A stretch of 63,895 nucleotides of DNA, filler included, from Folioceros fuciformis (Eukaryota): NCBI GenBank assembly GCA_049999805.1. It is 7 parts of 7 records of this genome, joined end to end, with 100 filler letters (N's around TTAATTAATTAA, not from the genome) between each part and the next. Parts side by side here need not be neighbours in the genome. Positions count along the whole stretch, not along the records: positions 35,392 to 40,869 come from JBNGIO010001068.1; positions 40,970 to 52,502 come from JBNGIO010001069.1; 5 more parts are not named here. One strand, written 5' to 3'. The first letter of the stretch is position 1, and every line of letters begins with the position of its first letter. Below, piece by piece: positions 36,299 to 48,192 of this stretch. Made by a program: the position numbers and the translations under genes. The notes beneath the pieces were generated by a model. The model saw only the letters and a program-made list of their open reading frames with translations, ran no database searches and was not told where the DNA came from.

Positions 36299-39200
36299 TG
36301 CCCTAATGCCTAAAAACGTGAGTAAAAACTACCATGGTCAGAGGAGTAGCCAAAGTCTACTGACTCTCTAAAACGCGGAGACTCAGGTTCAGACTCCTCC
36401 TCTCCTTCGCAGGAGTCATGGCCATAGCTACTAACAAGGGAAAAACTCTCATCTGATCTTGGAGAGTTGCGGCGACGACGTTCTTAATCTGTTCCTCATA
36501 CTCAAGATTAGCTACTTCTTTGAGTCTTATGTTAGACCCTGTACTAAAGAAGTGGGAGCAAGCGTAAGATATTACCACAAGACAGAATAACAGGAGCAAC
36601 CAGAACAAGAAAGGTTCACATATGCTTACTGTATGTGCTCACAACGTGACCAGGATAGGTTCTATAGACGTGCACGCCAACTCTTTTCATTTTGATCTTA
36701 GTACAGCCTAGCTACACCTTGTACTATACAGGTGAGCGAGGGTGCTTCATAGTCCCACAACTGACAATTCTTGTCTCATGATCTGTGTCAGTAGGTTTAG
36801 GGAACACAACAGGTAAAGTAGAACAAGACTCATCATCAAAATAGGCAAAATTGGGTTGTTTCAGTTTCGCAGCCGCCATCTTTGCCTTAGGCGCAGGTGG
36901 GGCAGAAGGGCAACCCATGTCACAGTTTGCTTTGAACGCAGTAGCCTCAGTGGTCTTGTGCTGCTCCAGGACTCCTTGGTGGTACCCTTGGGCCTCCCTA
37001 CTCCCTGCTTAACACCTTTTGCAACAGTCGGTGTCGAAGCTCCAAGAGTGGTAGTTGTCTTAGCGGCAAACCGGCCCTTGGAATCTCGTATTTGGTGGCC
37101 CTTAGAGCTAGGCTCATAATCGCAATATGAGGAAGCCATGGTGATGCGAAGAAATGTGATCATGTGTTGCAGTAGCTCGGAGAGTGAAATGAAATGAAAA
37201 AAGCCAGCGTTATAAGGGATGCGCACCTCATCTCTGCCGACTTCACACTAGCGCATAGCATCTTGATAAGACTTGACAGGAATGCAAGAGCGTAACCAAG
37301 TATAGGAGATGATGGCTATGAAGCTTGAAATTGAAGGCACAGCTGAACCACAATCTCACGAGTAGCCTCTAACAGACTAAAGATTGTACAAGAAATCATT
37401 ACCAACAAGTAGGAGTAAAGGAATACGTGTGTTGCATAGATGATTAGGGTTCGGTAGTTTAGTTAAGCCAAAAGCTTCATAACATGCCTTTTCATTAGGG
37501 TTACATCGTTTGATTAGGTCACGATGTTTCATATGTGACTTAAGTTATTTTCATAGCACATATATGTCAATGTATTCTTGACATAATGTAATTATCTTAT
37601 ATGTTTAATTGATATGTATGTACCTAAATTTGGTATTAGAGTGTTTATGAATAGTGAGTGAAACCGTATATGCTAGTGGACAGTGCATGGCTCATACTCT
37701 TGTTGCGTGCATGACATAGTATGTACGTTGCTAATCATAATCTTTGAATGGGAAGAAAACGGGCATGTTGCTTTTGTGGTTGTGTGAAGGTCCTTGTCTT
37801 TTGGCTTTCTTTGTCTTTGTGCCCTCATAATCTTTGCAAAATTGTCTGCACCTCTCTGCTCGTCACCCCCTTCTACAAACTGGCATTGAGTTCCCTAGAT
37901 GTATGATTCTATGCAAGTTTGTGAAGGGCTTTCACGAGTCCTCACGTGCTTGTTCTCTATGGCGATGGCAGAGGTGGTCTACCTTATTTCTGGAGTGAAG
38001 TGGCCCTAGCCCTTGTCACCTTGCATGACAGTGCAACCTCCGACAATAGTTGGGTACATTGGGTTTTTGTGGCTCTCCCAACATCTGGATGTGTGGGCTA
38101 GCGAACATTCATGTGGGATGAGGAATCATCTATTCGCCTCTTCATTGTCTTCATTCCTATTCGATTCCCTGCTTTTATTTAAGCCCTCATTACAGCAATC
38201 TTCTAGATCGTCGTCCTCAAGGTCATGCCCATTTGTGTAGGCTTCCATGCCCTGGCTAGAGTCAGGGTCCAAATCACAATCCACCTCTTCAAACTCTCCA
38301 TCGTGACCATCTCCACCTACACAGTCGCTACTACACCATTGTAAGAAATACGAGTCATGAAGAGAAACAAATAGTACCTTCAAGTTTCGCGCTAGGGCTG
38401 TTGATATTGTCTTCGATGTCACCGTTTGGTGTTCTTGTCATCGATGGTGGTCTATGTGGCTTACTCGAGCATCTTTGGTCCTGCTCATTTTTTAGACCTC
38501 AAATGCACAAGATAGTATGGGGCCGACTCACCTGCCTTTATTGCAATTAATTACTCCTTCGTAAGTGCATTGAAGTGCCCCACATGTGATAGAAAAATGG
38601 AGTCAAACTAGAGGGCTAGGGCTTCTCATATTGGTAGTACTTCACCTCCTATTGGATCCATTGTACTTACCTTGATATAGTCCACAAGAATCATTGGGCC
38701 CTTGCTCTTACGCAAAGGAACACCTGCTAATCTTTGGCGATGTCGAATTATCGGACATTCGTTTGTCTACAACAATGTTTCGCTTCTAGGTTTCCTCTGG
38801 ACATCTTGTGCATACAGCCGGGGCCGGGACACCTCCGGCATGAAGGCATCATCGTTGTCCTCAAAGTTTTGAACGTCTTGCCCACCTCCTTCATCTCCTC
38901 GACAGCCAACTCCTTCCGCACCCTCGAACAGTCCTCTCCTTGTCGCAACATTCTCATGTCCACCGTGAGCAAGTGGTCGAGACCTACATGGAATCGCCGA
39001 TTTCCATTGGCAACTCGGGCTATTGGATACCACTGAGTATAGATTGATATTTCTTGGCGTTGTAGGAATGGCAGCAAGAATGGGCAATGCTAGCACTCCA
39101 CTTGCCCGGCACCCATGGCCGGGATGTCGATGCCCTGCACTTATCATTGTTTCACCAGTGGACAGCACCAACTTGCAACTCAGACAATGGAAGAGCACAA

Positions 39201-40637
39201 AGTGCCTTGGCACACAGCATGGCGATAGCAAGCACTAAGCGTAGTGTTGGGTTCACTAAAGTACCTGGATTGTGTGGCGCGGCCGTTGTCGGGTGCAATG
39301 ATTGCCATCTTCCATCTATGTTGGCAATTTGTGGAAGTCTCATGGACTAGGATCCTACTGGCACTCCTATTGTAAGCACCTGTGGCAATCCAACACATGA
39401 TCGAATCATATTCCACAAGAAGTCGGCAACACTATGGCTCTTGGTATCTAGCAATGTACAGTACCTCATTGTCATATGGAGTATGTAGCGCTTAAAGCAT
39501 TTTTTTTCCCCGAGTTGCATCTTTCTTTGCCTTGGTTAGAGGGATCGCCAGGTTCTGCTGGCTTGGATCTCAAGGATCTAGAAAGCAACACGCAACAACA
39601 TGGTTGGGTTGAAATAATGCAGCGTGTTTATTGCACCACCACTATTCATCTGCCACCTCACCACTGTCACACTGTAAGGTAGCGATTAATTGTGATTTAG
39701 GCATTAATGTTGCGGATTGAGCAAAGATTATGAGTCACACACCAACAGTATGACTATTTTTTCCTGCCTGATATGTTGAATATGGTGTAGGATGCAAGGC
39801 GTCAATACTTGTGGAGTGATTTCTTGCACCCAAGAACCACCCAAGGGCCACACATCCCCTTATTGTCATTGCAGTCTTGTGGTTCGCTCCCAAGGGTGTG
39901 AACTAGTGCCAAGGAACACTACCTATCACACTTCTACCTATCAGCCGGTCTATAGGCCTGACCATACACTCACAACAAAAAGGCTAGAAGCCTAGCCTAT
40001 CCCCCAAGTCAGCTCACACAACTCACACTCTTGTTCTTCAATCCTTCAGCTCTTCATGATTCCCACTTCAGCCCTTTCTCCTTCACCTCAGCTCTTCAAG
40101 ATTCCCGCTTCAGTCCCTTCCTCTTCACTTCAGTCCTCCCCCCTTCACTTCAACACACACTCCTGCACTTTAGCAGCTCACTCTTCACTTCTATACATTT
40201 CACTCCAACTCTTCCTCTCTTTTCTTCAGCTGCCCCTTGGAAATTGGGACACAATGGCTTCACTCCCTGCAGCCTTCAAGCATAGTGTGGATACTAGGAC
40301 TGGATAGCCCTCCAGCTCACGGTCATGTTTCTTCACTTCAGCCAGCCTGCGAATCATTTAGCCCTTGCGGATCCGGCCACACGGATCTTGACAGTCTTGG
40401 GATCTCCACGTTCCCCTAGTGGCAAGGAAAATCAGGACCTCGGTTGGGTCTCAACCAGCTCAGCGCCCTAAGCCAGGAGTTCTGCACACAAGATCTGGGG
40501 ACATCACACCGTAGACCGCCCCTCCTCAATAGCAGGTCTAGCCCCCTTATACTACCTTGGCCCAGGACCCCCATCTCTGGCCACTAGGGTTAGCCTCAGT
40601 CCGCTGCCAATAGTCTCTCTCTCCGACCTAAGCCTAT

Positions 40638-40869
40638 CCCTAATTCTAACCTAAGCCACCCCTAACTCTGACCTAGACCTAACTCTAACCTAACCCTAAT
40701 TCTAACCTAAGCCGCCCCTAACTTTGACCTAGACCTAACTCTAACCTAACCCTAATTCTAACCTAAGCCGCCCCTAACTCTGACCTAGACCTAACTCTAA
40801 CCTAACCCTAATTCTAACCTAAGCCACCCCTAACTCTGACCTAGACCTAACTCTAACCTAACCCTAATT
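40638..40869 (+). repeat. 56-bp telomere-like minisatellite, at least 4 copies, running into the contig end
   Basis: Unit CCCTAATTCTAACCTAAGCC(A/G)CCCCTAACTCTGACCTAGACCTAACTCTAACCTAA starting at 40638, 40694, 40750, 40806 and 40862. Confidence 0.92.
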
Positions 40870-40969
40870 NNNNNNNNNNNNNNNNNNNNNNNNNNNNNNN
40901 NNNNNNNNNNNNNTTAATTAATTAANNNNNNNNNNNNNNNNNNNNNNNNNNNNNNNNNNNNNNNNNNNN
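40870..40969. other. Artificial contig spacer
   Basis: 44N-TTAATTAATTAA-44N. Confidence 0.98.
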
Positions 40970-41716
40970 TGTGACATGAATGGGAAAACCTTTGCCTGCA
41001 GGCCTACTCAGTTCAGTTCCTTGACCTTCGCAATGGAAGAGCCCATGCACCCATGCATCACACATTTTGGTAGGTGGACCCTAGGCATCAGGTGGGAAGA
41101 GGCTAAGGCTATAGGAATAAGCGGTGGAGGGCGGAACCAGCGAACTGGAGACAAACATAACATTTGATAGGTGCAGGTGGGATGTGTTCTATAAGGAATG
41201 CCCGGCGGCGAGACTTGAGTGAAGTGCAAGGATCTATGAGGTGCCTGATCAGTGGACGCGGAGCCATGACCATAGGATGGTCGATGCTTCAGACTTGCCT
41301 GAATCATGTAGTTATTGTGATTCATATAATGAGACTTTGTTGTAACTAGCAAAACTAAAGCTTGAAGCTGAGGCCCCTTCCTGGATGTACTGTGCTAGAT
41401 GCACGCAAACTGAGGCCTATTCTAGTAGGTATCTTGCTTGATGCATAGGGTTGAGGGTTGCTTAATGCACAGGGCTGAGGGCCATTGTGGTGTGCTGGAA
41501 GAATGGATGACTTGGCTGTGAGGAAATCGTAGGCAATGGTAGAAAAGAAACCAAGCTTTACTTGGTTTCTTATATAGCTTTCTCATAATGAACACAGCTT
41601 TGCTCGAGTTCTGAAGTAACGGTTGGGGTTATGTTCTTGGTTGTCTTGAGATATGTGGCCATGGCTTGGGCTTAATACAAAACACAATTGAGGCAATGAT
41701 CGCCGCAATAAACCGT

Positions 41717-42271
41717 AAACCCTAACCTTGGCAGCTCTGCGGTCTTGTGCGTACGTTGAAGGAACCGCTAGTTAAACCCTAAATGAGTAGACCCTAGCGA
41801 TATAGATGAATATAAAATGACATTCATTGAATGTCTAAGAATTATTTTAAAAAAAAGTTTAGAGAGATTTGAGTGTTCGGTGTGGGAAAAAGTGCTTCTA
41901 GGATGATGCCCAAACCAGACAGTCATAGCATCTTGGGGTATATTCCCTTAGATACTCGAGGTGAAAACCCTAAAATAGTGCACCTTCTCCTCTATCCTAT
42001 ATCCATGAAGGATTAAGGAGATAGATTGGTATTTGGTACATTTATATTTTTATATTAGTATTTATAAATTATTTATTTAGTGACAAGGGTCGCAAAAAGG
42101 CACGGTCCCTGCTCGGTCCGGGACCGAGCGTAGCCAGGCAAGGCGGTCCCGAGGACTGAATACTACACGGTCAAAATGAAACCAAGCCGCGGCGGCGGCC
42201 GCGCTTGGTCATATTCTGTTCAACCTCGTCCTTCGTGCCATGCTTCAATGTGGGTCCAGGCGGGACCGTGT
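41717..42271 (+). promoter_or_regulatory. Putative promoter with three telo-boxes and clustered GGTCCC/GGGACC (TCP-like) motifs
   Basis: AAACCCTAA at 41717, 41774 and 41965; GGTCC(C)/GGGACC repeated about 6 times in 42100-42271. Confidence 0.4.
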
Positions 42272-42805
42272 GTCGGGAGATTCAACTAACTTCAAATGAT
42301 GGGGGAACTGGAAAGTCCCGAGGCAAGACACATGGGAATGCGGAAGCTTTACAGGCTCGAGAAAGAAACAAACAGTTCGGATGAACTTAGATGTACACTA
42401 TATGTGACTGTCTACAGTCCTGTGGGGAGGCAAGGAAGCTACCTCGCACCTATTAGAATATGCCCACTCAGAGGGGATGCCAGGATCTTGCAAATTGTAC
42501 ACAAATTAGAAGTCGTGGTCTGCATATTATGCCAAACTATTCGGCAACGCTTCCTCCTCTTGGAACAGCCACATGGCCCATCCATGTGCCTCGTCGAGAG
42601 GAGGAAAGGATGATGCCATGGAAATCCTCAGCAGGGTTCCTTGGATCACCAAACCCTAGCCCTAAATGTGTTTCCTTTGTGATGACCTGTGCGATCTGAT
42701 TAATGGTGGAGCTATACGTACATGGCACATGATGGAAAAATGAAAGGATAACTGAAGTGTCCCACCTGCAAGAATTTGTTGGGTAGGAAGCTTGAATTTG
42801 GACAA

Positions 42806-45800
42806 ATGCAATCCCGGACTCGGCTTGGCCATCTGCTCCTGAGGAAGCAGCGAGCAAGATGGTGCTCTCCCAATTTCGGATCACAGGTCTATTCACACAG
42901 GAGTCGGAAGGGGGGACACAGCTCTAATGGCAGCAAGATCGGGCTGCCTCTTGCGCTGAAGCAAGCCAGGAGGGCCCCTGAAAGTGGGCATCTGCCATCG
43001 TCTCTGCAACCGTCTGCGTTGATTTCTGGAGGTGCTTCTCAGAGTGTAGTGCTGCAGGATGGCGACAAATTGTGCCTTTCCAAGAAGATGTCTCCGAATG
43101 ACGTTGCGTCTGGGTCAGACTTGACCGGGGGTCTGTTGCATGCTACTGGAAGCAGTAAGCCAAGTTCCAATTCTACGAAGACGTGGAGCTTTTTTCGGGG
43201 AGCAGGTGCAGCTGCGGTTGTGTTGTTAACAGCTGCAGTAGTAGCTTCTGCAGAGTCTGAAAATGGGTACATGCCTCAAGGGGATGAGTTGAGGGTATGG
43301 TTGTGGTCGTTGAAGGCCTCGGTTGTGGATAATATTGAGGTTCTGAAAGGGAGGCTTGTTCTTGGCATGCGGGGAATGTTCGAGGCCGGATCTGCCACTT
43401 TGATTCTGGTGCAATTTCTTGCAGCCGTGCTCTTCCACACGAACGACCCTGCAACAGATGGACTTAGTGCGTGGTGGCGTCCAAAAGTGGCATGCCTTAT
43501 TGCGGACGTCGCTGCACACGAGAATCGTAGGAAAGCAGTTGTGGACGCTGGGAATGGGTCGGTGGTGGACTGGCTGCTTCATGGCGTGGCAGAATCAAGC
43601 TCGGTTCAAAATGAGGCAGCGAGGGCGTTGGCATATCTTCTCTCAGATGCTCGCACATCTGAAACTGTTTTAGGTAGACCGCAAGCGATGCCCCATCTTC
43701 TTCGTTTTGCAGCATCTCTGCATGCTGAAACGGTTGGTGCTCAAACGTGATCTTCTTCCTGGAGCTTTCATCTACTTTCATCTGCTTGTTGGATCATGTT
43801 CCTGTCGACAGTCGTCTGCAACATAGCAGACTGGTGAAGAGTTCCCTCATTGTGTTTTGGGATGCTATCTTGCATAGGGTCCCCTCATTTCTTTTAGTGG
43901 ATACAAAAGTTGTAGTGCAGGATATTTCCTGACGGTCTGTGCTACAAACCTTCCTGCAGCAGCTTCTGGCTGCATGTGTGTCTGATCTTGTGTAAGGATG
44001 TATGCTGACTCGGCCTGATGTATCTTGTTTTCTCTGGTTGTCTTGGATGGTTTCGGTCTCAAGGACACAAAACACGGAGGAAAGTCAGACTTTGGACACA
44101 CCAATAATGAATTATCAAGAGGGAGAAGTATGCTTGTAGCTGCAGTGATGGATATAGTAACATCCAGCTGCGATGTTGGAGGCCGGCCTTCGTTGAAGCT
44201 ACCAGTTAATGCAGATAGGAAAGACATGGAGGCCGTCCTAAGAGTGTTATGTGAAGGGTGCCCATTGCTTTATGATGACAACAGGGACGACGTCTATCAT
44301 AGTACTAAATTCCCTGACAAGCAACCTGTTAGCACTGTTAGGGATCAGAGCTGGAGCAGGAAGGGGCACCGCCATGGCAGCTCAATGAAGTTTGGACTAT
44401 GGGATGATCTTAAAGGTCCACAAGTTTGTGTGCCCTTAGCGGCTTGGGCTCTCGCAGCCTGGGCTCAGTCATCTAACTCAAATTGTGCAAAAATAGCAGA
44501 TCTGGACAAGCGAGGCGAAGGCCTTTTGGCTGCTCTACAAGCATCTGAGCGTACTGTTAAGTGGCATACAGCCCTAACTATCAATTCGCTTCTCAACTCT
44601 GAGGACAGGTGCCTCAGCACTGTTGCACATGTTTTCACTGAAGCATTGCTATTTATGGCTGCACAAGCCGGTAGGCTTCAGGATACAGCTTTGGCCAAAG
44701 CAGCAATGGATGCTCTCTGTGCCAGTGTTGGTTGCAATACAAAGGTCCACAGTATTGTACTGGAAAGGGGTCTCCCAGTCATGCGAGAAATAGCGAAGCA
44801 CACATCCTCCAGGAGCCCTGTGCAAGTGCCTTTAGCTCGCACTCTTGACTTGCTAGTCTGTTCAGAATCAGGACTTCCTTTGGATGAATGCAAAAAGTGG
44901 TCTGGCATTGTTTTACTTTGGGTTGGGAGTCCTGACTCAGAGAGGACAACTCGGACAGCTGCCTCTCGCATTCTTTCCAGAGTAGTTGATGCACTTGGCC
45001 CAAGTGGAATTCCAATCTCTCAGGCGTGGTTAGCCATGCTTCTGATGGACCTTGTTGCTGATAGGAAAAAAGGTGATTTGGATATTAAAAGTAAAGCTCC
45101 AAAGGAAGAGAAAACTATTGGCATAATCCAGGTAGTCTAGGGGTTGTGTCATAACCTTGCAGTTATGTCTTTGGCGCAAATACATACATGTAGTCACTTG
45201 CGCCTTTTGGCCACCTGGCTGTTGATTCCGTTCCTTATGCTGTGCATTGCAGAGTCAGGTAACTCAAGCTGCGACTGTGGCAGCTACCCATCTTGCCAAG
45301 TTGGTAGCACAAGAGGCTGCAGCAACTCAAGTATCAGCTGAGATCTCAAACGCCGAGAGAGATCCTCCCTCCGAGCTGCCAGTGGCTGATCTTTTAGGGC
45401 TGGATGCACTTTCTAGTTCGACGACTAAAATTGCCCCCGTTCCCAGGGTCACTTATGTCGAAGCGGCTTCAGCTGTTTTGAAGGGTGTGAAAGCTTTGAC
45501 AGAGCTTTCGGCAGAGAATCCAGCTTATCAGCTAAGGATTACAGAGCTAGGAGGGTTATATTTGATCCGGAAGTTTCTGTTGGGTGATGACTATGATAAG
45601 TGGGCTGCTGTGGAGGTTGATCATTCTGCACAACCTCCTACAGTGGCTGGCCATGATGCGTCTGATGCAACGAAAAACCAAGCAAAAGGAACAGACAAGC
45701 CTGTTGTTAAGTTGCCCTCTACTGCTCGCATGCGAAAGCAAGCTGCTCGGCTTCTGTCTATTCTATCCTTGCGAATAGAAGCAGCAGGGGTAATAGCAAG

Positions 45801-47811
45801 CGATGAGGACTTGTGCTCATGGTTGGAGCAATGTGCAGATGGTGGCATTGTGGGGAATGGAGACCTGAAGATACAAAGCTATGCCCGCACAGTTTTGCTA
45901 AACGTACTGAATGTGAACACACTCGTGAAATCGTCCTCTCCTATTACGGATCAAGATGTGGACTTCAGTCAAGTGGAAGGTGGAGAAAGAAATCCTCGGT
46001 TTGAGGATATGGTATATTTAATGAACCCAGATTCTATTCACTGGAAAAGCCAATGTTCCAGGGGATGCAGCAGGACTACTATTGGATCCTTCTCCTCTCC
46101 GGGCGTATCTGGATCACCAGATCCATCAGAGGTTACACCCAATTCGAAGCTTGTAGGATGTGAAGAGCAGCCACTGTTGGACGTAGTCTTCGTACATGGG
46201 TTGTGTGGTGGCCCTTTTAAGACGTGGCGTGTTTCAGATGACAAAACGTCCACAACAGACAAAAGCGGCCTTGTTGAATCTATTGACAAGGAAGCTGGTA
46301 AAGATGGTACTTGCTGGCCCCGTGAGTGGCTCTCACATGATTTGCCTCACAGTCGTCTTTTCACCTTGAAGTATAAGGTACTCCTCTTCCCTGGATGATC
46401 CTAGGAGCTGAGAAAGGCTGGGGCTAGGATCTAAAATATCCATGGATGTGGTTGCCACATACAGACAAATCTATCCCAATGGTCAGGCGCGACTCTGCCT
46501 CTTCAGGTACTGAATGCTTTCTTCTAGAAGGTGGCTTGTGAGGAGAGTGAGGAGATAGTATTTTTGTGTATTGAGGAACGTGAAGTTGCAGGTAACATGC
46601 ATGCTTGGGACTCTGGCCTAGCATTCCTAATTTCTGTGTGTTTAGAATCAAATAGCTGGACTTAGAGGTATTTGTTAAGTGTTGAAAATTCTGGAGCAGT
46701 TCCCAGTGAGTTGTTAACAATCTGTAATGGTGTACTGTGCTGTAGGAAGTCAGCTCCATGCTCCTTGACAAGTTGCTTGCAGCGGGTGTGGGGGAGCGAC
46801 CCACAGTTTTTGTAACTCATAGGTTTGTTGTGTCACAAACCAACTTGTAGCTTTGTATGCTCTTCACCAGGTGTGTGTTTTCACCTGCTGAAACTGATGC
46901 GCAAGTGCATCCGTGTCCAGTATGGGGGGTCTTGTCGTCAAGCAAATGCTATTGCAAGCTGGACAGGATAAGACGCGGGCTCATTTGGTGCATCAAACAA
47001 GGGGCATTGTAAGATATGATTTCTTGACCTAGTGGCGTGACTGTTCAGTGCAATTGCATTTGGGGATTTCGTGGACGTGATTAGTTTCGTTCCATGATTT
47101 CGTTGTACTAGGTCTTCTACAGTTGCCCGCATTTTGGCAGCAAACTGGCAGATATGCCGTGGCGCATGGGTTATGTTTTGCGTCCTGCTCCATCTGTAAG
47201 TTCTGCTCCTTCATCGCTCTACGAGTGTGCGCCCAGAGCAGTGAGAGCCACTCTGTAGGTTCAGGCCTATATCAGTGAAAATATCTTAGTCTTAATTGGC
47301 CTTTTGGTTTCAGATTGGTGAGTTGCGAAGTGGCTCTCCGAGACTGGAAGAGTTGAATCGATGTATCAGGGTATTACATAGCAAGAACAACCTGGAAGTT
47401 CTGAACTTCAGCGAGGTACAACAACGATTTAGATCACGTAGTAAGTGGGCAAATTTTGCGTTCCTTAAGTCCGTCAAGGGGACTAAACGTCAGTCATGCA
47501 CTGCAGACAAAGGTCACTCCCTTGGTCGAGGGCTATGGAGGCTTGGCTCTTCGAATGGAAGTTGTCCCGATCGAATCAGCGTTTCCTGGCTATGGGGAGC
47601 TCGTGGTACGTGATTATCATTCCTCGTTCTCTTCAACTTGACATCCAAAATGTTCTTTCCTTTGTTAACAAACCGCAGCTGTGTGTCCCAGGTCTTGGAC
47701 GGTACCGATCATGTGAATTCTTGTAAGCCACTGAGCAGATCGGATCCTGCTTATACCAAGACTCTCGAGTTTTTGCAGAGGGTAGAGGTGTTAAGCCGGA
47801 AAGTATGCTAA
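42806..47811 (+). CDS. SERAC1-like ARM-repeat plus alpha/beta-hydrolase protein (At4g34310-like); multi-exon
   Basis: ARM-like helical exons; DVVFVHGLCGGPFKTWR, TCWPREWL, nucleophile THSMGG split by an intron, FYSCPHFGS, VVPIESA, TDHVNSCKP; TAA at 47809-47811. Confidence 0.88.
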
Positions 47812-48192
47812 CAGCCCTAGCGAGTGATCATTCCGAGATCTGTGTTCAATAGTAAGTTGTCATTGTATGTATGAAAGTATTGTCGACTGCCTCTACATTG
47901 AGCGTAACTGGTACACACTGTGTGTACTGGTGATACATAATGTACAGCTGTACAAAGCTTTTCTTTCCTCATTCTAAATTTCAGATATTGAAGCTTACAT
48001 GCTATTACAAGGTAATGTACAGTGATTGTGTACCTTGCAAAGTCTGTTGAAAGTTACAACTTCGAAGACAGGTACACATAGTAACAGAAGCATGGCGAAG
48101 ACGCTGGTAAGAGATCGAGCGACGAATTAGCTACTGATCTCCACCATACCTTAATCATGTACAAGTTTTACATCCACCTTCAGATTCGAAGG

